This document shows, piece after piece, positions 17,823-26,456 of a DNA stretch of 42,900 nt. Every line of letters begins with the position of its first letter. The first letter of the stretch is position 1. The stretch comes from an uncultured Desulfobacteraceae bacterium. GTDB taxonomy: Bacteria; Desulfobacterota; Desulfobacteria; Desulfobacterales; UBA5616. The stretch is taken from the NCBI GenBank assembly GCA_964440555.1, contig CAYTSY010000008.1, forward strand, positions 1 to 42,900, given 5' to 3'. A program made the position numbers and the translations under genes. The notes under the pieces were generated by a model that saw only the letters and a list, made by a program, of their open reading frames with translations, did not search any database and was not told where the DNA came from.

Positions 17823-18797
17823 ATGTTAAAATTCCGCAAAACTTCCATTGTCGCCTTTGCTCTGATCATCGGCTTATTTCCTTTGATCGCCGCGCATGTC
17901 AGCGCCATCGACCACTATCCCGATATCATGGTATTTGCCGGAATTTATTGTCTGATCACCATCGGGTTGAGCCTTTTGATGGGATATGCAGGTCAGATTT
18001 CTTTGGGCCATGCCGCTTTTTTCTTATTTGGCGCTTACATCAGCGCCATATTAACCACCCGGTTCGGTTTAAACCCATGGGCCTGCATGATTATCGGGGT
18101 ATTGGCAACATCTCTGGCAGCGGCGGTGGTAGGGACGCCGTCTTTGAAACTCAAGGGCCATTATCTTGCCATGGCAACGCTGGCCTTCGGGATCATCATG
18201 TTTATCGTTTTTAGCGAAGAAGCCGGGTGGACCGGCGGCCCTGACGGCATGACCGGCATACCCGGGTTGTCATTGCCCGGCTTTCCATTGAATACCGTCA
18301 ACCGGTACTACTATTTTGTCTGGATTTGCGTGCTCCTTGCATTTATTTTTACGACGAATATCATTGAATCCGGTGCAGGCCGTGCCTTAAGGGCCATTCA
18401 CAGCAGTGAGTCCGCTGCAATGGCCATGGGCGTTAATGTTTCGGGTTATAAAATCGTCATTTTTGTTTATTCCGCGGCACTTGCTTCATTTGCCGGCAGC
18501 CTGTACGCCCATTATCTTAATTTTATCAATCCAACGTCATTTGATATTTTTTTTGGAATCAAATTATTGATCATGCTTTCCCTGGGCGGGATGCATTATA
18601 TGTGGGGCGCTGTTGTCGGCGCCGTTGTTGTCACTTTTTTGAGCTATGAATGGCTTCATTATTTTGAGGATCTTGAAATTTTAGTCTACGGCGCCATCTT
18701 ACTGCTCACAACCATTTTTTTACCCCATGGGTTGGCCGGTCTTCCCCTTATTGTCAGAGACCGGTTTAAGCGATCATCCAAATATGAAACCGGATAA
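17823..18797 (+). CDS. livM: Branched-chain amino acid ABC permease (LivM-type)
   Basis: 324-aa membrane protein with GYAGQISLGHAAFF and RALRAIHSSESAAMAMGVN. Confidence 0.85.
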   Translation: MLKFRKTSIVAFALIIGLFPLIAAHVSAIDHYPDIMVFAGIYCLITIGLSLLMGYAGQISLGHAAFFLFGAYISAILTTRFGLNPWACMIIGVLATSLAAAVVGTPSLKLKGHYLAMATLAFGIIMFIVFSEEAGWTGGPDGMTGIPGLSLPGFPLNTVNRYYYFVWICVLLAFIFTTNIIESGAGRALRAIHSSESAAMAMGVNVSGYKIVIFVYSAALASFAGSLYAHYLNFINPTSFDIFFGIKLLIMLSLGGMHYMWGAVVGAVVVTFLSYEWLHYFEDLEILVYGAILLLTTIFLPHGLAGLPLIVRDRFKRSSKYETG

Positions 18798-19572
18798 AGA
18801 CGAATATATCCTGCAGGTCAATGGACTGATAATGGCGTTTGGGGGGCTGATGGCCCTGTGTAAACCGGAATTTTCGGTGAAACGCGGAACCATCACCTCC
18901 ATTATCGGCCCAAACGGCGCCGGGAAAACCACCCTGTTCAACGCCATCACCGGATTTTTAAAGCCCGATGCGGGATCGGTGTTGTTTAAAGGAGAAAAAA
19001 TAAACCATCTTAAACCCTATGAAATTGCAAGGCTCGGCATTTCACGGACCTTTCAGACCGTGGAAATATTCGGCAATATGACGGTTCTGGAAAATGTAAT
19101 GCTGGGGTTTCACACCCGATCCAGACCGCGCTTTTTGTTGTCCGGCTTTAAAACGCCCTGGTCAAACCAAAAAGAGGAAGAAACCAAATCCAGGGCGATG
19201 GAAATTCTGAAATTTATCGGTCTTTCAGCAAAATACCACGAGCCTTCCCAAAGTTTGCCTCTGGGGGAACAAAAAATATTGGAAATAGGGAGAGCCCTGG
19301 CAGGCAATCCGGAACTGATCTGTCTGGACGAACCGGCCGCGGGGTTAAATGAAACCGAATCTCATGTTGCTTCTTCTTTGATCCTGGCGATCAAGGAAAA
19401 AGGTATTACCGTTTTGCTGGTGGAACACGACATGAAGGTGGTTATGGATATTTCCGATGCGATTATGGTATTGAACCATGGCCAGAAGATCGCGGATGGG
19501 TCGCCTGACGAAATACGGAAAAATCCGATGGTGATTGAAGCTTATCTGGGAGATGAAGTCCACTATGCTTGA
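18784..19572 (+). CDS. livG: ABC transporter ATP-binding protein (LivG-type)
   Basis: Walker A GPNGAGKTT, signature LPLGEQKILEI and Walker B LICLDEPAAG. The ATG at 18784 is preferred over the ORF-track start at 18727. Confidence 0.85.
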   Translation: MKPDKDEYILQVNGLIMAFGGLMALCKPEFSVKRGTITSIIGPNGAGKTTLFNAITGFLKPDAGSVLFKGEKINHLKPYEIARLGISRTFQTVEIFGNMTVLENVMLGFHTRSRPRFLLSGFKTPWSNQKEEETKSRAMEILKFIGLSAKYHEPSQSLPLGEQKILEIGRALAGNPELICLDEPAAGLNETESHVASSLILAIKEKGITVLLVEHDMKVVMDISDAIMVLNHGQKIADGSPDEIRKNPMVIEAYLGDEVHYA

Positions 19573-20278
19573 GATTGAAGAACTCAATGCCTATTACGGG
19601 AATATTCGGGCTCTGGTGGACGTCAGCCTGCGGGTGCCGCAGGGAAAGATTGTTTCCATAATCGGGGCAAATGGCGCCGGCAAATCAACGCTGCTCAAAT
19701 CGATTTCAGGGTTGATTCAAAATAAAACCGGCCGTATTGCCTATCGCAACAAAAATATCGCCCAACTGCCGGCAAATCGTATCGTCAGCCTGGGAATTTC
19801 TCAGGTTCCTGAAGGGAGGCAGCTTTTTGCCCACCTGACGGTGGAAGATAATATCCTTTTGGGCGCCTGGCATTATTATAACTCCCGGAACCGAAGCAAC
19901 ATCCGGAGCCGAATAAAAGATGCCTACGCCATGTTTCCCATTCTGGAAAAGCGATCCCGCCAGATCGCCGGCACACTTTCTGGAGGCGAACAACAGATGT
20001 TGGCGATCGCCCGCTCGATCATGGCCCGGCCGGAATTGATTCTGCTTGATGAACCCTCCATGGGGATAGCGCCGTTGATCGTCCGTGAGATTTTTAAAGT
20101 CATCGTTGATTTAAACCGCAATGGAACAACGGTTCTGTTGGTTGAACAAAATGCCGGCGCTGCGCTGAAAGTGGCCCACCATGCCTATGTGCTGGAAGGC
20201 GGGAAAGTTGTTCTGGAAGGCATTCCCAAAGAATTTCTGGATAACCCAAGGGTTAAGGAAGTATATTTGGGGGGATGA
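19565..20278 (+). CDS. livF: ABC transporter ATP-binding protein (LivF-type)
   Basis: Walker A GANGAGKST, signature LSGGEQQMLAI and Walker B LILLDEPSMG. The ATG at 19565 overlaps the livG stop (ATGCTTGA). Confidence 0.85.
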   Translation: MLEIEELNAYYGNIRALVDVSLRVPQGKIVSIIGANGAGKSTLLKSISGLIQNKTGRIAYRNKNIAQLPANRIVSLGISQVPEGRQLFAHLTVEDNILLGAWHYYNSRNRSNIRSRIKDAYAMFPILEKRSRQIAGTLSGGEQQMLAIARSIMARPELILLDEPSMGIAPLIVREIFKVIVDLNRNGTTVLLVEQNAGAALKVAHHAYVLEGGKVVLEGIPKEFLDNPRVKEVYLGG

Positions 20279-20292
20279 AGGCGGGTAAAAAA

Positions 20293-20376
20293 CCGTGAAT
20301 CGTAAATCGTAAATGGTGACGGGAAGATGTCGGCGTCGGACTTGTCACGATTTACGGTTTACGCGTTACGATTCAT
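20293..20376. repeat. Heptamer-periodic long imperfect hairpin (CGTGAAT CGTAAAT CGTAAAT GGTGAC / GTCACGATTTACGGTTTACGCGTTACGATTCA)
   Basis: CGTAAATGGTGAC (20308-20320) pairs with GTCACGATTTACG (20344-20356) with one mismatch. TGAATCGTAA (20296-20305) pairs with TTACGATTCA (20367-20376). The right arm has one extra heptad. Confidence 0.85.
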
Positions 20377-20464
20377 AATTGACAATTATTCTGGTATATT
20401 ATATAATACAAAAATTCATGACAAAAACGACCTTTTGCAGGTCAACCTTTTTCTGGCAATCCAA

Positions 20465-20716
20465 ATGAACCAGGACAAATCTTTTTATCAACTGATTTGG
20501 GGGTGGCTGCTTGCTTTAGCAGGTGTCGGCGTTTTTTTCAGGGTACCGCAGGTGATGCCCAAAATTGAACAAATCAGGCAGTATGCTCCGGTTTTACCTT
20601 ATATCAAATTCTGTCTATACCTGTTGGGCGTTATCCTTTTAGGCGGCGGTGCAAAAAAGATTTTTAAATATTATGAAAAAAAAGCTGAAGGTGAAAGGTG
20701 GAAGCCAAAATGCTGA
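20465..20716 (+). CDS. Small two-TM membrane protein, hypothetical
   Basis: From the ATG at 20465: MNQDKSFYQLIWGWLLALAGVGVFF... YIKFCLYLLGVILLGGG. Its stop overlaps the downstream ATG (ATGCTGA). The upstream part of the ORF-track call lies in the repeat. Confidence 0.5.
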   Translation: MNQDKSFYQLIWGWLLALAGVGVFFRVPQVMPKIEQIRQYAPVLPYIKFCLYLLGVILLGGGAKKIFKYYEKKAEGERWKPKC

Positions 20717-23004
20717 ATTCCAATGTTTCAAATAACCGTTTCCGGGATTTGGAGTCCGAGGTCATTTACCGTACGCGGCTCCAGGAAATCGGAAACAAAA
20801 TCAACTCAGCTTCGAATCTGGATGAAATTCTGATCGGTCTTCAGGAAGATATCACCGCGTTGTTCAATGCGGAGCGGGTGACCATTTATGTAGCCGATGC
20901 CGAAAAAGAAGAGCTGGTATCCCGGGTAAAATCGGGAAACGACATTATGGAAGGCCGAATCCGGGTGTCGTCGGACAGCATCGCCGGGTATTCCGCATTT
21001 AAACAGAAAATCGTCAACATCAACAACGTGTATGATGAAGATGAATTGAAATCCATTGATCCCAAGCTCATCTTTGATAAACGGTGGGACCAGAAAACCG
21101 GATTTACGACCCGGCAGGTTCTTGCCTGCCCTGTTATGTTCAAAAATCAGGTGTTGGGCGCCATTCAACTGTTGAATCAACTGGGCGGGGATGTTTTCAC
21201 CGGGGATGTCGAAAATTCGCTCAAGGAACTGGCCGATATCCTCGGCATTGCCCTTTATAATCAACAAAAGATGGAACGAAGCAGGATTCATAAATTCAGC
21301 TACCTTCTCGAAAGCCATCTGATCACCCAAAAAGAATTGGACAAAGCCGTTGCGGATGCCAGACAACGGAAAATAGAAGTGGAAGATATTCTGGTCGAAG
21401 AATTGAAAATTGCCAAAAAGGAAATCGGCAGGTCTTTAAGTAAATATTACCGGATTCCGTTTGTCAGTTATAATGCGAATGTTCCGATTCCCGGGGAGCT
21501 CATGATCGGCATGAAAGTTCCTTTCATGAGAAAAAATTTCTGGGTGCCCTTATGCCTGGAGGAGGACAAAGTCGTCATTGCCGTTGACAATCCATATGAC
21601 ATCCGGAAAGTCGATGACATAAAATCGTTGTTTCCGGGGAAACCGTTGAAATTATGCGTGGCTCTGAAACGAGACATTCTCGATTATCTTAAGCTGTTTA
21701 CCCAGGATGAAAAAGAACTTGCCGCTATTGACGACATCATCTCCCAGCTCAAGCAGGAAGCCGAGGATATAGAGGATTCTGAATCCTCTGTCGGCGAAGA
21801 AGACAGCGCTGTTGTCCAGTTGGTCAATAAAATCATATTGGACGCATTCGATCGGGGCGCTTCGGATATTCATATCGAGCCCTATCCCGGGAAAGAGAGC
21901 ACGCAGGTGCGGGTGCGGGTGGATGGCAGGTGCCATTTGTATCAGACGATCCCTTTCAGTTATAAAAATGCCGTGGTTTCACGGATCAAGATTATGGCCG
22001 ATCTCGATATCGCCGAAAGAAGAAAACCGCAGGACGGCAAAATTAAATTTAAAAAATACAGCGGGAAAGATCTCGAGCTGCGCGTGGCAACGGTTCCCAC
22101 GCAGGGTGGAATGGAGGACGTGGTGATGCGGATTCTCCACTCCGGAGAACCGATTCCCCTTGATAAGATGGCTTTTTCAAAGCAGAATTATGAAAGATTT
22201 TTAAGTGTTATCACCAAACCCTATGGGATCGTTTTTGTCTGCGGGCCTACGGGCTCGGGTAAAACCACCACGCTGCACTCGGCCCTGCGGTATATCAATA
22301 AAGTGGAAACCAAGATCTGGACCGCCGAGGATCCCGTTGAAATCACCCAAAAAGGATTGCGGCAGGTTCAGGTAAAACCCAAGATCGGGTTTGATTTTGC
22401 AGCGGCCATGCGTGCATTTTTGCGGGCGGATCCCGATGTGATCATGGTGGGAGAAATGCGGGACAAAGAGACGACCCATATCGGCATTGAAGCTTCCCTG
22501 ACCGGCCACCTGGTTTTTTCCACCCTTCATACCAACAGTGCACCGGAAAGTATTACCCGCCTTCTTGATATGGGCATGGACCCGTTTAATTTTGCGGATG
22601 CGATTTTGTGCATCCTGGCGCAACGACTCGTCCTGACCCTTTGCAAAACCTGCAAAAAGCCCTACCACCCGGAAAAAGAAGAGTACGACGAATTGGTGCG
22701 GGAGTACGGAGAAGATTCATTTTCGAAGCATCTCAACATTCCCTACGATGACAGTTTAAATCTACATAAGCCCGAAGGCTGCCCGGAATGCAACAATACC
22801 GGCTACCGGGGCCGCATGGGGATTCATGAACTCCTGATGGGCACGGATATTATGAAAAAGCTTATTCAGAGCAAGGCCAAGATGGAGGATATCCGGGTCC
22901 AGGCCATGGCCGATGGAATGACGACGCTGAAGCAGGACGGTATTGAAAAAATTTTTGCCGGCAGTTGCGACCTGATCCAGGTGAGAAAGGTTACGATAAA
23001 ATAA
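20710..23004 (+). CDS. GAF-domain-containing GspE/PilB-family secretion ATPase
   Basis: N-terminal GAF-like region (ILIGLQEDITALFNAERVTIYV...VLGAIQLLN) and a T2SSE_N-like domain (LITQKELDKAV...VVIAVDNPYD). The ATPase core has Walker A GPTGSGKTT, MVGEMRD and the tetracysteine CKTC...CPEC. Confidence 0.85.
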   Translation: MLNSNVSNNRFRDLESEVIYRTRLQEIGNKINSASNLDEILIGLQEDITALFNAERVTIYVADAEKEELVSRVKSGNDIMEGRIRVSSDSIAGYSAFKQKIVNINNVYDEDELKSIDPKLIFDKRWDQKTGFTTRQVLACPVMFKNQVLGAIQLLNQLGGDVFTGDVENSLKELADILGIALYNQQKMERSRIHKFSYLLESHLITQKELDKAVADARQRKIEVEDILVEELKIAKKEIGRSLSKYYRIPFVSYNANVPIPGELMIGMKVPFMRKNFWVPLCLEEDKVVIAVDNPYDIRKVDDIKSLFPGKPLKLCVALKRDILDYLKLFTQDEKELAAIDDIISQLKQEAEDIEDSESSVGEEDSAVVQLVNKIILDAFDRGASDIHIEPYPGKESTQVRVRVDGRCHLYQTIPFSYKNAVVSRIKIMADLDIAERRKPQDGKIKFKKYSGKDLELRVATVPTQGGMEDVVMRILHSGEPIPLDKMAFSKQNYERFLSVITKPYGIVFVCGPTGSGKTTTLHSALRYINKVETKIWTAEDPVEITQKGLRQVQVKPKIGFDFAAAMRAFLRADPDVIMVGEMRDKETTHIGIEASLTGHLVFSTLHTNSAPESITRLLDMGMDPFNFADAILCILAQRLVLTLCKTCKKPYHPEKEEYDELVREYGEDSFSKHLNIPYDDSLNLHKPEGCPECNNTGYRGRMGIHELLMGTDIMKKLIQSKAKMEDIRVQAMADGMTTLKQDGIEKIFAGSCDLIQVRKVTIK

Positions 23005-23035
23005 ATCAAGGCGCTTTCATGTTTTCTTTGGCTGA

Positions 23036-23617
23036 TTAGGTAACCGGCAATTCACTGTCTTTCCCTTTCAGCCCCGGGCCTTTAACCTGCTTTTTAAAAT
23101 ATCGATCCTTTTCACTGAAAATGCATCCGCAATAGGACTGGCGATACATTCCCAATGATTTTGAGGTGCTCACCCCGTATTTCCAGCCGATCCGGAAATC
23201 CTTGTAATAAAAACCGATTCCTGTTGACTTGGCAACGGATTCGCCGATGGATGCAATGATTTCGTGCTGTTGAAAGACGCTGTAAAGAAGCGTTGTTGAA
23301 AAACAGTCAAATCGGCCGTGCTTTGCGATTTCAGCGGTTTTTGTCAGGCGGTCATGATAGCAATACAGGCAACGTTTGTTCTCCCGAAAAACCGTATTGC
23401 GGACAAACCCTTCCAGGTCATATCCTTCGGAACAGATGACGGAAAGTCCGATATCCTCCGAATATTTTTGTAATGCCGCTTCCCTTTTGACGCATTCCGT
23501 GTAAGGGTGAATGTTGTGCCTGTAAAAGTAGCCCATCACCTCAATTCCTTCGGACCGGATGGTTTCAACCGGATAGATCGCGCACGGCGCGCAGCAGACA
23601 TGCAGAAGCAGTTTCAT
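23036..23617 (-). CDS. queH: Epoxyqueuosine reductase QueH (DUF208)
   Basis: MKLLLHVCCAPCAIYP plus conserved Cys motifs (CLYCYHDRL, YCGCIFS) typical of QueH. Confidence 0.8.
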   Translation of the reverse strand: MKLLLHVCCAPCAIYPVETIRSEGIEVMGYFYRHNIHPYTECVKREAALQKYSEDIGLSVICSEGYDLEGFVRNTVFRENKRCLYCYHDRLTKTAEIAKHGRFDCFSTTLLYSVFQQHEIIASIGESVAKSTGIGFYYKDFRIGWKYGVSTSKSLGMYRQSYCGCIFSEKDRYFKKQVKGPGLKGKDSELPVT

Positions 23618-24303
23618 TTTCTTTCTCCGAAAATAAACGTGCCGATACGAACAAGGGTGGCCCCTTCTTCCACGGCGATCCGATAATCCCCGCTCATGCC
23701 CATGGACAGTTCATTCATTTCAACGCGGGGCATGGCCGCCCGGGCAACCTTCCGGCTCAACTCAAAAAGGGTTTTAAAATACGGGCGTACATCCTCAGGA
23801 TTTTCAAAATAGGGCGGCAGGGTCATCAACCCCTTGACGGCGATATGGTCAAGCTCTGCGATATCGCTGATAAGGCTTAAAATATCGTTTGGATCTATCC
23901 CGGATTTCGTCGGCTCTCCGTCGATGTTGACCTGTATAAGAATGTCCTGGGTCTTGTTGATACCGGCAGCCTGCCGATTCAGTTCCCGGGCAAGCCGCAA
24001 AGAATCCACCGTATGAATCAAATCAAAAAGTCCAACCGCAGTTTTAGCTTTGTTGGTTTGGAGACGGCCGATAAAATGCCATTCGGCCGGCACGCCTGCC
24101 AGTCTCTGGATTCTGTATGCAGCTTCCTGGATGTAGTTTTCGCCTAAAAGCCTCACGCCCGCGCGAATGGCCGAAAGGATTTTTTCTTGAGCAACATTTT
24201 TACAGACCGCCACCAGTCGGATAGCGCCCGGATCACGCCCGCATTTTTGAGCAGCCCGTGAAATGGAATCCATAACCGAAATGACGTTTCTTTCAATATC
24301 CAT
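23614..24303 (-). CDS. yggS: YggS-family pyridoxal-phosphate homeostasis protein
   Basis: Contains LVAVCKN, GENYIQE, WHFIGRLQTNK, ELSMGMSGDY and VRIGTFIFG motifs. Confidence 0.85.
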   Translation of the reverse strand: MDIERNVISVMDSISRAAQKCGRDPGAIRLVAVCKNVAQEKILSAIRAGVRLLGENYIQEAAYRIQRLAGVPAEWHFIGRLQTNKAKTAVGLFDLIHTVDSLRLARELNRQAAGINKTQDILIQVNIDGEPTKSGIDPNDILSLISDIAELDHIAVKGLMTLPPYFENPEDVRPYFKTLFELSRKVARAAMPRVEMNELSMGMSGDYRIAVEEGATLVRIGTFIFGERK

Positions 24304-24311
24304 GGGATCGC

Positions 24312-24914
24312 TTAAACTCTTCCCTGAAGCCTGATCACCTTCTTTTTTATTAGAATTTCAATGAGTTCACACACCGGCAACCCAACGACGTTGGTATATG
24401 ACCCGTTGATGCGCTGGACCAGAAACGTTCCCAGCCCCTGGATGGCATAGGCGCCGGCTTTGTCAAAGGGTTCATCCGTATCGATGTACCACTCAATTTC
24501 CTCATCTGAAAGAGGCTTAAAATACACGGTTGTTTTTACCGTACCGGTGATGCATTCGGATTCTTTTTCACAGCAGGCGCAGTAGCCCGTGAAGACGTCG
24601 TGAGCGGCGCCGCTGAGCTGATGGAGCATGCCCCGGGCATCATCTTTATCTTTGGGTTTTTCCAGGACATGGCCATTGGAAAGGACAATGGTATCCGCAC
24701 CGATCACCCAGCTTTCCGGGTATTTTTTGGAAATATCCGTTGCTTTTGATTCAGCCAGTGTTTTAACATAGTCTTCAGGCGGCAGATGGCTGAACCCGCT
24801 TTCATCGATGCTGCTGGGAATAACCAAAAAGGACAGCCCCGCCTGTTTGAGAAGATAATTGCGGCGTGGCGATTTAGATGCCAGGATCAGATGCCGTTGC
24901 ATAATGGTTTTCAT
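24312..24914 (-). CDS. maf: Maf-like nucleoside triphosphate pyrophosphatase
   Basis: Contains LILASKSPRR..LL, GADTIV, DKAGAYAIQG and NVVGLP motifs. Confidence 0.85.
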   Translation of the reverse strand: MKTIMQRHLILASKSPRRNYLLKQAGLSFLVIPSSIDESGFSHLPPEDYVKTLAESKATDISKKYPESWVIGADTIVLSNGHVLEKPKDKDDARGMLHQLSGAAHDVFTGYCACCEKESECITGTVKTTVYFKPLSDEEIEWYIDTDEPFDKAGAYAIQGLGTFLVQRINGSYTNVVGLPVCELIEILIKKKVIRLQGRV

Positions 24915-24952
24915 AATTTCGGGATATCAGAAGAAACCCGGTTTGACAAGTG

Positions 24953-25005
24953 CCGGTTGGCCGTTACCGGTTACCGGTTATCCGTTATCTGTTATCCGTT
25001 ATCCA
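24953..25005. repeat. Heptamer array, 7.5 copies (CGGTTGG CCGTTAC CGGTTAC CGGTTAT CCGTTAT CTGTTAT CCGTTAT CC)
   Basis: GTT recurs exactly every 7 nt at 24956, 24963, 24970, 24977, 24984, 24991 and 24998. The array lies in the divergent maf / 25021 intergenic region. Confidence 0.9.
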
Positions 25006-25020
25006 TTTTTGGAGTGAACA

Positions 25021-25689
25021 ATGGCACCTATCTGGATTATCGGCGCCGGCAAGTTCGGCCTTAAAGCGGCGCTGAAGCTGAAGGCAACACATCCGGGCGC
25101 ACGCCTGACGGTAGTCGATAAGGATGAGCATAAATGCCGGCTGAGTCAATTACCGGACGTTGATGCGGTCTGCATGGACGGGATAGCGTTTTTATCGGCC
25201 GGTCTGGCAGGATCAACGCATCCAGGTCAACCGGAGTGGGTTATCCCGGCTGTACCGATTCACCTGGCCTGGCGTTGGATAAGGGTGCAACTGGAAAAAG
25301 ATTTTGACGTTATGCCGATTGAAGTGCCCGAGGAAATCGTACGCCTTTTGCCTAATCCCCTTAAAGGCAAAGGTACTGAAGTATATGCCAGCCTGGCCGA
25401 TTTTTTCTGTCCCGATGATTGCCCGGAACCGGTAAAAACCTGCACCGCCACCCGAAAGCCGAGGTCGTATAATTTGTATGAAAGACTTCAACACATCGAT
25501 ATCCCCGGATTTATATCCATTGTCATACAGAGCCGTCAACTGGCACCCGGAGTAGGGGGGTATCGTCCCCGGGCCCTTTTTGAAGCACTGTCTGCGATTT
25601 GCATGACGCAAACCGCTGTTGTGTTGAGCACTTCCTGCAGGTGCCACGCCGTCTTGCAGGCTTTTCGCATGATAAAGAGGGGTTCGTGA
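25021..25689 (+). CDS. Hypothetical NAD(P)-binding Rossmann-type protein with Cys-rich C-terminal half
   Basis: N-terminal IWIIGAGKFGLKAALKL...VVDKD (GxGxxG followed by an acidic residue). Later come FFCPDDCPEPVKTC and STSCRCH. I do not recognise a family. Confidence 0.55.
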   Translation: MAPIWIIGAGKFGLKAALKLKATHPGARLTVVDKDEHKCRLSQLPDVDAVCMDGIAFLSAGLAGSTHPGQPEWVIPAVPIHLAWRWIRVQLEKDFDVMPIEVPEEIVRLLPNPLKGKGTEVYASLADFFCPDDCPEPVKTCTATRKPRSYNLYERLQHIDIPGFISIVIQSRQLAPGVGGYRPRALFEALSAICMTQTAVVLSTSCRCHAVLQAFRMIKRGS

Positions 25690-26456
25690 TGCCCGCATTG
25701 GTGATTGATTCAAAAGAATGGATGCAAATGGTTCGAGACGGCGCCAAGGAGATGGGGGTTTTGCTGGATTTACCCATGGCGGAAAAGATGGCTGCCCATT
25801 GCACCGAACTGATGCGCTGGAATCAAAAGGTCAATTTGACGGCCATAACGGATCCGATGGAAGCGGCGGTCAAGCATGTGCTCGATTCCCTGGCCGCATA
25901 TCATCTGTTGCCCGGCGATGCATCCGTCCTGGATGTGGGCTCAGGGGGCGGCTTCCCCGGGCTGGTGTTGAAAATCGCAAGCCCCGGGCTTTCCGTTGCA
26001 CTGATAGATGCTTCAAGGAAAAGGGTGAGTTTTTTAAAGCATGTCATTCGACTCTTGTCGCTGCCCCGGATTGAAGCAATACATGCCAGAGTAGAAGAAA
26101 TTGCCCGGCAAAAGGAATTTGCCCAAAGGTTTGACGCTGCTGCCTGCCGTGCGTTTACTTCTCTTTCCGGGTTCGTTGAAGTGGCCGGCCCCCTGGTGAA
26201 AAAAGGGGGCATACTGGTTGCCTACAAGGGAAAAGAGGTGGATGAGGAAATCAAAGCCATGGGTTTGGACGCATCCGGGTGCGAAATAAAGGACGGCGGA
26301 AATTTTGATGATTTTTCACTGGAAATCCGGCCATACCATCTGCCGTACCTGCATATTGAAAGGGCGTTGGTCGTTGTAAGGAAAAACCGGACAAAAGATT
26401 TTTCCGGCAGGGAGGAAGGCAGACAGCTCAGGATGCGGCCGGAGGGAACTGACTGA
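25689..26456 (+). CDS. rsmG: 16S rRNA (guanine527-N7)-methyltransferase RsmG (GidB)
   Basis: Contains WNQKVNLTAI and the SAM motif VLDVGSGGGFPGLVLKI. The ATG at 25689 overlaps the upstream stop (GTGATG). The ORF-track start at 25599 would overlap the previous gene by 90 nt. Confidence 0.8.
   Translation: MPALVIDSKEWMQMVRDGAKEMGVLLDLPMAEKMAAHCTELMRWNQKVNLTAITDPMEAAVKHVLDSLAAYHLLPGDASVLDVGSGGGFPGLVLKIASPGLSVALIDASRKRVSFLKHVIRLLSLPRIEAIHARVEEIARQKEFAQRFDAAACRAFTSLSGFVEVAGPLVKKGGILVAYKGKEVDEEIKAMGLDASGCEIKDGGNFDDFSLEIRPYHLPYLHIERALVVVRKNRTKDFSGREEGRQLRMRPEGTD

Noticed and set aside
25599-25688. The longer rsmG start at 25599
   Set aside because: It would overlap the preceding CDS by 90 nt in another frame. 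The ATG at 25689 gives the classic stop/start overlap and a normal RsmG N-terminus.
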